Source of the DNA: a virus
DNA: 39,203 bases
Strand: one strand, 5' to 3'
IMG/VR virus record: IMGVR_UViG_3300045988_111327
Span: 1 to 39,203 of that record
Both the position numbers and the translations under genes were made by a program. The notes beneath the pieces are model-generated. The model was not told the DNA's origin. It made no database searches and saw only the letters and a program-made list of their open reading frames with translations. Of this stretch, positions 26,428-33,637 are shown one piece after another (positions within the stretch are counted from its first letter, which is position 1; every line of letters starts with the position of its first letter).

Positions 26428-26925
26428 ACAACCCGCCGGCGTTGATAAGGAACACCAGTGCCGGAAGGATAATATATGCAAAGGATTATGCAACCCGTTT
26501 TAAATTATGCCATTTCTGGCAAAGGATAGGTAGTGGACTCGCACCACTTTTTGCATGCTGCTAACGCCGGTGGATCGTTCAAATAGCGTTAACAACAAGC
26601 CCGCCTGGGACCTTCCAACTACTCGTCGTGTCTTTCGAGTAGTTAACACCGTAAGGCGGAATCGTACCGCCTCGCAAATGATCATATATTGGAGCGATTA
26701 GGTTTAAGGTTTACGGAAGTAATCATTTGCCATCTTATACGGTATGACAAGCGGTTTCCCGCTCGTTAGGTAAAAAGTCGCTTCGCAATTCGCGAATATT
26801 TTTTCTTGCGCATGCAAGCCTAGAAAATCAAAGTATGACTAAATTAAATCGTTTTGAAAGGATTCCATTTCCAACAAATTTGAAAGACCATCGGAACAGA
26901 AAGGTTCTATGCCATCTCTGGCACA
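26428..26925 (-). ncRNA. Candidate large structured ncRNA (ROOL/GOLLD-like class) directly upstream of the tRNA
   Basis: Largest ORF-free gap in the genome. It holds a GNRA hairpin (26750-26763), T-loop-like hairpins (26654-26672, 26532-26548), a 9-bp hairpin (26617-26644) and long-range complementarities. The 5' boundary is uncertain. Confidence 0.5.
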
Positions 26926-26930
26926 ATACC

Positions 26931-26959
26931 AATATACCGCATTTTCAAGGTTTGTTTAA
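26931..26959 (-). promoter_or_regulatory. Possible promoter for the ncRNA-tRNA unit
   Basis: Minus strand: -35 TTAAAC (rc of 26954-26959), 17 nt, -10 TATATT (rc of 26931-26936). Confidence 0.3.
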
Positions 26960-27003
26960 TCCCCTCTTAGTACCCCAATTGGTACTACCTTATATACCAC
27001 TTT

Positions 27004-27495
27004 TTAAGCCGTTGCTTTCTTCAAGATTGTAAACGTAGGAAACAACTCTTCAACTTGGTACTTTGCAATCGCTGTTTCGATTGTTTCTGAAAACTCATAG
27101 CATGCAAACTTTTCTGACTTGTGCCAGCTCTTGTTGCTACTGATATGCAGCAGCTCTTTGACGTCTTCGACTTGTTCTCGCTTGACAAACCGGTTTTTCA
27201 GAATAACCCGGCTTTCTTCGCTCAAACAATTGTTGATTGCGTCATACACTGCATTTAACGCCCTTGAATACTCCGTGTGAGCGATAAAAGCGTCTTCGTT
27301 GTGATTTCCACCACTACCACCGAAACCGCCGTCAGCAGACAATGACGGGCTTTTAATATCACCTGACCCCGCCTTGCGTAGAATATGGCTAAACGTCCGC
27401 TTGTTAAATCCATCGTCAAAGAAGAAATCACGCACCGCTTGGCGGGTTGCCTGCTCGTCAATTTCATCGAATAATTCTGCTTGTTTAACTGCCAT
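27004..27495 (-). CDS. ArpU-family late transcriptional regulator
   Basis: 163 aa. N-terminal pattern ATRQAVRDFF, a Gly-rich linker and C-terminal helices. Last gene before the packaging region, as is typical. Confidence 0.7.
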   Translation of the reverse strand: MAVKQAELFDEIDEQATRQAVRDFFFDDGFNKRTFSHILRKAGSGDIKSPSLSADGGFGGSGGNHNEDAFIAHTEYSRALNAVYDAINNCLSEESRVILKNRFVKREQVEDVKELLHISSNKSWHKSEKFACYEFSETIETAIAKYQVEELFPTFTILKKATA

Positions 27496-27498
27496 GCC

Positions 27499-28038
27499 CT
27501 AACCCCTTTCGACTTCATAGCGACCCAGATATGGCTTTTCTTGCCGGCGTTTCAAATAGTTGTGTAGCGCATGAGCTTTAAAGCCTAACGCCCGTTCTGC
27601 TGCTTGAATGCTGATATAGTGCATGACTTTACCTAGCTTTAAATCTTTAATGGTGATTTCCACGCCAGGCCTTTTAAATGACGGCAACTTTTGATGCATA
27701 ACCTTTAACGCACCGTTTCTTCGTACGTGGTAAAGGTAGCTGCTTCGAGAAATTGGCACGTTCTCGATAACCCAATGCCAGTTTTCGCCATGCTCTAGCG
27801 CTTCCTTTTGTTTTGCGTAAATTTCAGCCTCAATGGCAAAGTTGTCAACACTTTGTCCTGGCTTGTGATAGTTTGCTCGCATTTCCTTGATCATCTCTTG
27901 CAGCTTCTTGTACTTTGCCGTTGCCGTTTCGCCGTCTGGGCAACCGCCATCGTCCAGAAAGTCATATTCCAGATATAAATCGGGGTACGTTGTTCGATAC
28001 CAGTTCTCCAACTGGCAAAACTCTTGCATATCAATCAT
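27499..28038 (-). CDS. Hypothetical protein with a C-terminal NUMOD/IENR-like HTH
   Basis: ISIQAAERALGFKAHALHNYLK resembles DNA-binding modules of homing endonucleases. No nuclease motif seen. Confidence 0.55.
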   Translation of the reverse strand: MIDMQEFCQLENWYRTTYPDLYLEYDFLDDGGCPDGETATAKYKKLQEMIKEMRANYHKPGQSVDNFAIEAEIYAKQKEALEHGENWHWVIENVPISRSSYLYHVRRNGALKVMHQKLPSFKRPGVEITIKDLKLGKVMHYISIQAAERALGFKAHALHNYLKRRQEKPYLGRYEVERG

Positions 28039-28140
28039 CTAATCACCTACCATTTTCACGATTGCCACTGCTGCCAATATCCAGAACCAGTACACCAGGC
28101 ATGCAAAAAGGACCAAGCCTAACCTTTTCCAGTTACGCAT
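28039..28140 (-). CDS. Small membrane peptide (33 aa; below the track cutoff)
   Basis: Hand translation: MRNWKRLGLVLFACLVYWFWILAAVAIVKMVGD. Its ATG overlaps the upstream stop (ATGCGTAA), and its TAG is followed directly by the next ATG. Confidence 0.5.
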   Translation of the reverse strand: MRNWKRLGLVLFACLVYWFWILAAVAIVKMVGD

Positions 28141-28303
28141 TGTAGATCACCATCGCCGTGTAGTAGTTGTATGAGCCGTTAACACCATAAGCAGTTGGTG
28201 CCAACTTAATATCAACTACTGCAACCTTGTTCTTCGTCAACCATTCGTTCATCTTGTCTTGCAGCATTGCGATGTTAGAATCGCAGAAAAACTCAACCTT
28301 CAT
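28133..28303 (-). CDS. Small hypothetical protein (56 aa)
   Basis: Start chosen at MKVEFF, which has RBS GAGGAA. Confidence 0.55.
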   Translation of the reverse strand: MKVEFFCDSNIAMLQDKMNEWLTKNKVAVVDIKLAPTAYGVNGSYNYYTAMVIYNA

Positions 28304-28562
28304 GCCGTTCCTCGCTTTCGATAACATGCTTGCCCGTTGTATATACGCTTTCCCAACCAGTTAAAATCTTTGGAAAGTGTTTTGAATAGTAATGCCCTTC
28401 GTCGTTGTACATCTCGTCAAGCAGCACGGTTTTGTTCAGCTTGTTTAGCTCGACGATTTGATACAGTCTAAAACCGTCAATCAGCGTTACCAGTTCGTTG
28501 TTGCGGAATGCTCGTTCTACATCGTTATCTTCCTTGTGCTGTCGTGTTCGTTTAGTGCTCAT
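28293..28562 (-). CDS. Small basic protein, MS(T/A)(R/K)R(A/T)(K/R)QH family, member 1
   Basis: N-terminus MSTKRTRQHKEDN is shared with four neighbouring ORFs. The rest is unrelated. Confidence 0.65.
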   Translation of the reverse strand: MSTKRTRQHKEDNDVERAFRNNELVTLIDGFRLYQIVELNKLNKTVLLDEMYNDEGHYYSKHFPKILTGWESVYTTGKHVIESEERHEG

Positions 28563-28587
28563 CTTTATCAGTCCTCAATTCATTTAT

Positions 28588-28833
28588 CTAGCCTAAAATT
28601 TTTAAAAGCGTCCTAAAAAAATCAAGAGTCTCCTCCAAAGTCTGTTGGACTTTCTTCTTCTCAATCTCTTTCTCGCGATCATAAGCACGTTTGCGAAACT
28701 TGTGTGGGCTACATTGAACTTCATTAAGAAATTTGTTGAAACGCCCGCCTTCGTCATTTACTTTGGCATTCTTTCTGTCTAAAACATCAAAGAAAGTATC
28801 TTCCTTGTGCTGTTTTGCTCGTCTAGTGCTCAT
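28588..28833 (-). CDS. Small basic protein, same family, member 2
   Basis: MSTRRAKQHKED...PHKFRKRAYDREKEIE. Full-length paralogue of 29034..29345. Confidence 0.65.
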   Translation of the reverse strand: MSTRRAKQHKEDTFFDVLDRKNAKVNDEGGRFNKFLNEVQCSPHKFRKRAYDREKEIEKKKVQQTLEETLDFFRTLLKILG

Positions 28834-28836
28834 GTT

Positions 28837-29046
28837 CTAGCCTCGCTTTCGCTTTAAATCCTTGATTCGCCGATTAATCAAGACATAGTACGTTTCTAGC
28901 AGCATGAATTGCGTTTCCGCTAACGAAAGTTGCGCATCACTAACCGTCTGCTGATCGCGCTGAATGTTTAAGAAAGCGACAAGTTCATCAATCTTTTCGT
29001 CAACTTCTTTACGCTCGTGTTTCAGTTGCTTTTTTAGTCCTTCCAT
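28837..29046 (-). CDS. Small coiled-coil protein
   Basis: 69 aa, heptad-like and charged. Overlaps the upstream stop. Confidence 0.55.
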   Translation of the reverse strand: MEGLKKQLKHERKEVDEKIDELVAFLNIQRDQQTVSDAQLSLAETQFMLLETYYVLINRRIKDLKRKRG

Positions 29047-29345
29047 AATCCACGCTCCCCCCTAAAAATATCTTTGTATCTACTTTGTTCAAACGGAGCT
29101 TTTACGAACTGCAACAACCCTAGCGGCTCCGTCTTCAAAGACTGTTTGGCTTTTTTATTCAGGATTTCATTTTCAATCTCTTTCGCGCGATGATAAGCAC
29201 GTTTACGGAATTTGTGCGGTCGGTCAGCGAGTTTTCTAAGATCTTTATGCATGAGCCCTTCTTGGTCGAATGTTTTCCAGAATTTTCTGGCCCTAACATC
29301 TAGAAAGATATCGATTTTATGTTGTTTCGCTCGTCTAGCGCTCAT
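29034..29345 (-). CDS. Small basic protein, same family, member 3
   Basis: Start chosen at MSARRAKQHKIDIF (TAATG overlap with the upstream stop). Shares PHKFRKRAYHRAKEIE with member 2. Confidence 0.65.
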   Translation of the reverse strand: MSARRAKQHKIDIFLDVRARKFWKTFDQEGLMHKDLRKLADRPHKFRKRAYHRAKEIENEILNKKAKQSLKTEPLGLLQFVKAPFEQSRYKDIFRGERGLWKD

Positions 29346-29524
29346 TACCGCAGCTCCTTTACAATGATCCATACTTCCTTGCACACCAGCACAGCTGTGA
29401 ATACGATCAAAGCTGTCTCCAAAGCATTCAGAGTAACTTCAGTCTTATCCCAGACCACCCAGATAGCGGCTGCAACTAAGCTGAAAAAGCTGATCACAAT
29501 GGCTGCGTTTAAAAATTGTTTCAT
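29345..29524 (-). CDS. Small two-helix membrane protein (59 aa)
   Basis: Start chosen at MKQFLNAAIVISFF, which has RBS AAGGAAATGAGG and an ATGA overlap with the upstream stop. Confidence 0.55.
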   Translation of the reverse strand: MKQFLNAAIVISFFSLVAAAIWVVWDKTEVTLNALETALIVFTAVLVCKEVWIIVKELR

Positions 29525-29582
29525 CGCCAGCGCCTCATTTCCTTTTCTCGCTCCGTTCGATATGCTCGCCAACGCGGGCCAT
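29521..29582 (-). repeat. 62-bp dispersed repeat, copy 1 (gene-junction module)
   Basis: tcatcgccagcgcctcatttccttttctcgctccgttcgatatgctcgccaacgcgggccat. About 56/62 bases identical to 30352..30413. Confidence 0.8.
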
Positions 29583-29706
29583 TAATGCGTTGAGCGGTTG
29601 GTGCAAAATAAATGATGTTATGGTTAGTTTTATAGTGCATTAAATGCCGCACGGCTTTTTGGTTGGCAACAATCTCCTGGTGTTGCTTTGCTCGTCTAGT
29701 GCTCAT
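29521..29706 (-). CDS. Small basic protein, same family, member 4
   Basis: MSTRRAKQHQEIV...GPRWRAYRTEREKEMRRWR. The C-terminal 20 aa are shared with member 5. Confidence 0.6.
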   Translation of the reverse strand: MSTRRAKQHQEIVANQKAVRHLMHYKTNHNIIYFAPTAQRINGPRWRAYRTEREKEMRRWR

Positions 29707-30013
29707 GCTGATCACCATCAAAAAATGCTTCCAGATACTGACCGCACAACTTAATCAAATCGCCAAACAAGGCTGAATTGTCTTTATCGACGTAGATAGA
29801 GTCTAGATCAATTGCTGGAGTCTCATCGACAGTGGTCAATTCAAATACAGTATCGTTGCCGTAGGTGATCAAAACATTCCCTTTTTCGCTAAGGCTAATA
29901 AAGCTACCGTTCAAATTTGCCTCAGTATTTTCTAAAACTTTAAAACCTAGATGGTTATCAAGTGCTTTGAGTTTCTTGCTAAAATCATTAACTAATTTTT
30001 GGTTCATGCTCAA
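29696..30013 (-). CDS. Acidic hypothetical early protein (105 aa)
   Basis: ORF with RBS AGAGGTA. Net acidic; no recognised domain. Confidence 0.6.
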   Translation of the reverse strand: MSMNQKLVNDFSKKLKALDNHLGFKVLENTEANLNGSFISLSEKGNVLITYGNDTVFELTTVDETPAIDLDSIYVDKDNSALFGDLIKLCGQYLEAFFDGDQHEH

Positions 30014-30019
30014 TACCTC

Positions 30020-30355
30020 TTACAGTTTCCGACCGCAATATGGGCAATACTTGAAAACTTCCCCACAATATTGGCAATACTTTAAATCGTACAGATCCGT
30101 TAGATATTCAGAATCGCTCTCATCATCTGTTTTCTCTGTGCATTGTGTCCGATCAACTCCTAACAGATAATCAATCGATGTTTTGAAATAAAACGAATAT
30201 GCTTCCAGTACTTCAACGCTTGGCTCGCGTTCGCCACGTTCGTATTTTGAAAGCTTGCCAGCTTTCACAATCAATAAGCCTCGTTCACGGAACGCCATTG
30301 ATAGCTGTTTCAACGTCAACCCGTATCCCTTACGTACCTCTTTCAATCGATTCAT
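30020..30355 (-). CDS. XRE-type HTH protein with C-terminal CxxC...CxxC zinc ribbon
   Basis: Start chosen at MNRLKEVRKGYGLTLKQLS. HTH, then CQYCGEVFKYCPYCG. ATGA overlap with the upstream small ORF. Confidence 0.7.
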   Translation of the reverse strand: MNRLKEVRKGYGLTLKQLSMAFRERGLLIVKAGKLSKYERGEREPSVEVLEAYSFYFKTSIDYLLGVDRTQCTEKTDDESDSEYLTDLYDLKYCQYCGEVFKYCPYCGRKL

Positions 30356-30413
30356 CGCCAACGCCCCATTTCCTTTTCTTGCTCCGTTCGATATGCCCGC
30401 CAACGTGGACCAT
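30352..30413 (-). repeat. 62-bp dispersed repeat, copy 2
   Basis: tcatcgccaacgccccatttccttttcttgctccgttcgatatgcccgccaacgtggaccat. Confidence 0.8.
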
Positions 30414-30501
30414 GAACACCTGGCCCGTTGGCACGATAGCAGCGCTTGTATGCTTTCAACGCAAGTACAAGCCCCACATGTTCCCGTGCCCGCTTTGTCA
30501 T
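30352..30501 (-). CDS. Small basic protein, same family, member 5 (49 aa; below the track cutoff)
   Basis: Hand translation: MTKRAREHVGLVLALKAYKRCYRANGPGVHGPRWRAYRTEQEKEMGRWR. Its ATG directly follows the upstream TAG. Confidence 0.55.
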   Translation of the reverse strand: MTKRAREHVGLVLALKAYKRCYRANGPGVHGPRWRAYRTEQEKEMGRWR

Positions 30502-30771
30502 CTAAATAGCCCCTTCCTTCAACATCTTTGCAATTCGCTTTTCTGTGCTCTCAACCAGTGCAGCATATGCTTGCATGGTCTTGATTTCGTCATCGTTGTT
30601 TGCCGTCTGCTTGATATACTCATCTAACGCAGCACTTAGTTTGCGTCCGCAGTACCAGCGCCGCAGCTCAACTGTCTTGCCATTTTCCTTGTTAATGCCA
30701 AACTTAACCAGGATAGCGGGGTTGTAACTGTCGCTAGTAATGTAAAAATTGTCGTCAATCTTAATCTTCAT
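30502..30771 (-). CDS. Hypothetical early protein (89 aa)
   Basis: ORF in a tightly coupled gene string. Confidence 0.55.
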   Translation of the reverse strand: MKIKIDDNFYITSDSYNPAILVKFGINKENGKTVELRRWYCGRKLSAALDEYIKQTANNDDEIKTMQAYAALVESTEKRIAKMLKEGAI

Positions 30772-31006
30772 CTTCGATCAACTCCCTAATGCTAATGATT
30801 TGCTTTGGCGCGATAGCGATCATATTGCCAAGCTCACCAGTTGCACGATACAGTGTGTCCTTACGCAGTGCCTGGTCAATCAGTGCGGTTTCGGTGCGGA
30901 ATACGCCTTTGATGTTAATGGCCATAATCCTTTGATTCGTGTTGACTGTTAGCAGCAAGTGCTTTGGCTGTTCGTTGTTTTCAGTCCCTTTGTAGCTCGA
31001 TGTCAT
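30761..31006 (-). CDS. Hypothetical early protein (81 aa)
   Basis: ORF with RBS GAGGAGGA upstream. Confidence 0.55.
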   Translation of the reverse strand: MTSSYKGTENNEQPKHLLLTVNTNQRIMAINIKGVFRTETALIDQALRKDTLYRATGELGNMIAIAPKQIISIRELIEDED

Positions 31007-31009
31007 GCC

Positions 31010-31510
31010 TTAATCCTCCTCGACTTCTTCCGCAGCGCGCCATAAATCCATAGGGTGCAAGTTGGCGCATAAATCACTATTTGCGATTTCGTTGATTTCA
31101 TCAGCCGTGAACATGGCTTTTTGATTGCTCATCTTGGCGATCTTTAGCGACGTTACGCTCCACGAATCAGTGCCTTCTACCCGTGTCAGATAGCCGTAAT
31201 CATTATTTAGCAGCTTGATATAATATTTTGGCTCTAATTGCTTGTCGAAATAATCGAACAGCTGGCTGCTGATCAAACGCAGCACTTCACGATCAGTCTT
31301 ATTGCTTCGTACTGGAACGAAATCGGCCTTGAACCAACCCGACTTATCGCCTTCGTAAATATATACATTTGCTACCAACTCATCGTTCAGTTGGTCATAC
31401 AGCCGAATGGCAAAGCTGTTTTGTGAGCTTACTTTTGCAACGGAATAGGTATAGTGAAATGTTCCGATTGCTTGCTTGGTAATTTCGCTTAACTTTTCTT
31501 TAGTCAGCAT
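31010..31510 (-). CDS. Hypothetical early protein (166 aa)
   Basis: ORF with RBS AGGAG. Confidence 0.6.
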   Translation of the reverse strand: MLTKEKLSEITKQAIGTFHYTYSVAKVSSQNSFAIRLYDQLNDELVANVYIYEGDKSGWFKADFVPVRSNKTDREVLRLISSQLFDYFDKQLEPKYYIKLLNNDYGYLTRVEGTDSWSVTSLKIAKMSNQKAMFTADEINEIANSDLCANLHPMDLWRAAEEVEED

Positions 31511-31528
31511 TTGTCATACTCCTAACTT

Positions 31529-31966
31529 CTATTTTGCATAAATTTCAACTTCTATTCTTGGCTTATCCGAGTAATACTTGTCGATTTCTTCGTGAACAAT
31601 CATTGCGTCATCTTTCCATAAAACGCCGTTTAAGGCATCTTCGAATGATTTAAGGTAATTAGATAAGTCGGCTTTTACAATCGGTCTATGGGCTCCTGAG
31701 GCCCGTCTATCGTGCTCTTTTTTAGATATGCTCTTTTGAATCTTTCGATAAAAGGCTACCTTGAGATATATTTCACCCTCGACTGGTGCATCGTGATACA
31801 TCTCTGTTGCCAATGCTCGCAACTGTTTCTTGAACGTGGCAGTTTTAGGTGGGTCATACAATCTGATTCCTTTGCCGAACCTTCTTGCTCGTGGTCTTGC
31901 TTGTGCTACCGGTTCAATCGGTAAAATCAGCTTAATCATCAATGGTCTAATGACGTGCCGATACAA
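31529..31966 (-). CDS. rusA: RusA-family Holliday junction resolvase
   Basis: LPIEPVAQARPRARRFGKGIRLYDP and KADLSNYLKSFEDALNGVLWKDD are RusA patterns. The true start may be Met10 (31939). Confidence 0.8.
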   Translation of the reverse strand: MYRHVIRPLMIKLILPIEPVAQARPRARRFGKGIRLYDPPKTATFKKQLRALATEMYHDAPVEGEIYLKVAFYRKIQKSISKKEHDRRASGAHRPIVKADLSNYLKSFEDALNGVLWKDDAMIVHEEIDKYYSDKPRIEVEIYAK

Positions 31967-32112
31967 GCGAAAATCAAAGCGCTAAAAATAGCAGTTACTG
32001 TTGCTTTCACGCCTACGATGGCGTTAATCCATAATGCCCAGAAAAAGCCAACTGCTGTTGCCAACATTGCGCTAATCGCTAGTGCATAGAATAGCTTTGT
32101 TAAAATTTTCAA
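31939..32112 (-). CDS. Possible small membrane protein (57 aa, TTG start)
   Basis: Hand translation: (M)KILTKLFYALAISAMLATAVGFFWALWINAIVGVKATVTAIFSALIFACIGTSLDH. Its TGA overlaps the RusA Met10 ATG. Weak RBS. Confidence 0.35.
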   Translation of the reverse strand: MKILTKLFYALAISAMLATAVGFFWALWINAIVGVKATVTAIFSALIFACIGTSLDH

Positions 32113-32116
32113 ACCC

Positions 32117-32341
32117 TTATACCCCCATATCGTGCATTAAACTTGCGTCTACTTCGTTGTTGCTGTCCCAATGCCCGGAACTCTTCATAACCCGTACGAT
32201 TGCCGGGTCAATGCGCAGCATGCCATCGCCACCGCAGAACGGGCACTTACGCTCGATTGCGTCCAGGTAGCCTGAACCTTCACACCAAGCGCAGTATTGC
32301 TCGGTGTCTAAGATCATCTTGTCTTTCGTTACTTTCAGCAT
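32117..32341 (-). CDS. Small zinc-finger protein (DnaJ-type CxxCxGxG repeats)
   Basis: CAWCEGSG ... CPFCGGDG. Start chosen at MLKVTKDK, which has RBS AGGAGG. Confidence 0.6.
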   Translation of the reverse strand: MLKVTKDKMILDTEQYCAWCEGSGYLDAIERKCPFCGGDGMLRIDPAIVRVMKSSGHWDSNNEVDASLMHDMGV

Positions 32342-32352
32342 TTTCAGGCCTC

Positions 32353-32793
32353 CTACCATTTAATTTGAACTCGATTGCAGTCTTCCAAACCCCAATACTT
32401 GATTTCCGCCATTGTAAATAAGCAATCGACTAGGTTTGATTCGCGTTCAATGTTTTTGACATCGATAAAATCACTATATGCAAGCCCTGCAAGTTGCTTA
32501 TCTTTAGAAATCATTAGTCCGTACTCATATCGCAAATAATAGCAATCTGGGGTGTGAGGAACGAAAACAATATAAACTGGTTGTTCGTTTTTGAAACGTT
32601 CTTGACTGTTGCGGTTAGCCTCATCAAGCAGCGCTTGAATCACATCTGCAGCATCTTCCACCAATCCTCTGTCGTCATGGTCATACTCGTAATAGCTGTT
32701 AAGCCAATCGATCGCATTATCTCGGTTGTACTCCGTGACATAACGATACCTTTTGTTTTGTTTTTCAAACCATTCTGGACTCATAGTCAGCAC
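32353..32793 (-). CDS. Hypothetical early protein (146 aa)
   Basis: ORF with RBS AAGGAG. Confidence 0.6.
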   Translation of the reverse strand: MLTMSPEWFEKQNKRYRYVTEYNRDNAIDWLNSYYEYDHDDRGLVEDAADVIQALLDEANRNSQERFKNEQPVYIVFVPHTPDCYYLRYEYGLMISKDKQLAGLAYSDFIDVKNIERESNLVDCLFTMAEIKYWGLEDCNRVQIKW

Positions 32794-32796
32794 TCC

Positions 32797-33627
32797 TTAA
32801 ATCATGCTTGCCCGAACATCAACCATGCCGTTAAACGTCAAGCGATGTTCTGGGTTTCGTGTAATCAAGCGACTCAATAACTTTTCGTTATACATTTCTT
32901 GTAATTCACTCGTTTTGTTATTCGTGGTAACAATCGTGGTGAACTTGCCAAACCGTGCGTCCGCGACGCTGAATAATCCTTTTTGCATATCAACGCGAAC
33001 TTGGCTTTTGGTGTCGGTTCGCATACCGCCTTCAGTGCCGAAATCATCAAGCACCAGAACATCAACCGGTTCGATTTTCAGTTGGCGGTTGCCTTGCATT
33101 AGATCAATCAAGCCATACAAGCGGTTCTGAACGGTCTTATCATCGAACCGCCGACTGTATAGCTCGGCCAGCGCGTCAGTTGAAACAAACAGCGCTGTCT
33201 TTCCGCTTTCGTTGCGAATCTTATCAACCATCGCTAATGCTAGGCTCGTCTTGCCAGTGCCTGGATTTCCTGCCAGATACACGTTCATGTTTTGACCGTT
33301 GGCAATCATCTTTGCTAACGTCCAAGCACGGTTACCGATTTCAGCAGCCTGTTTCTTGTCCGCCTGTTTGTCGACTTTCCAATCGTCAAACGTGAACTTT
33401 ACCGGCTGATTGCCAGTCCATAAGCTCTTGTTATAGACCCGATTAAAGTTGTGCATGGCGTTCTCTTTCCGCCACTCGTCATGTAACGGTTCTGCTTTCT
33501 TTTTCAGATAATCAACCGCTGCTTGCTTATCAGTCAGATCAACGTCTGGCAACTCCCAGCCTTCTTTGGCAAATATCTTCTTTAAGCTCTTAACGCCTTC
33601 TTTGGCGCTATCCTTTACGTTTAGCAT
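32797..33627 (-). CDS. DnaC/IstB-like AAA+ helicase loader
   Basis: Walker A GNPGTGKTSLA and Walker B VLVLDDFG. Follows the replisome organiser. Confidence 0.85.
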   Translation of the reverse strand: MLNVKDSAKEGVKSLKKIFAKEGWELPDVDLTDKQAAVDYLKKKAEPLHDEWRKENAMHNFNRVYNKSLWTGNQPVKFTFDDWKVDKQADKKQAAEIGNRAWTLAKMIANGQNMNVYLAGNPGTGKTSLALAMVDKIRNESGKTALFVSTDALAELYSRRFDDKTVQNRLYGLIDLMQGNRQLKIEPVDVLVLDDFGTEGGMRTDTKSQVRVDMQKGLFSVADARFGKFTTIVTTNNKTSELQEMYNEKLLSRLITRNPEHRLTFNGMVDVRASMI

Positions 33628-33637
33628 GTTTCACCTC

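Noticed and set aside
26500-26685. 61-aa minus-strand ORF, and the 65-aa plus-strand ORF at 26835..27032, in the large intergenic region.
   Set aside because: Neither has an RBS, and both have an Arg/Val/Thr-rich or Pro/Leu-rich odd composition. They coincide with strong RNA hairpins, so the region is better explained as noncoding RNA.
26532-26720. Possible additional tRNA genes or a tmRNA, suggested by two T-arm-like hairpins (GGCGG-TACGATT-CCGCC and AGTGG-TGCGAGT-CCACT).
   Set aside because: A 6-bp acceptor-like pairing (CCGTAA/TTACGG) exists around the first hairpin, but no D or anticodon arms can be drawn. The second has no acceptor partner. No tag-peptide reading frame or CCA-proximal tmRNA features were found.
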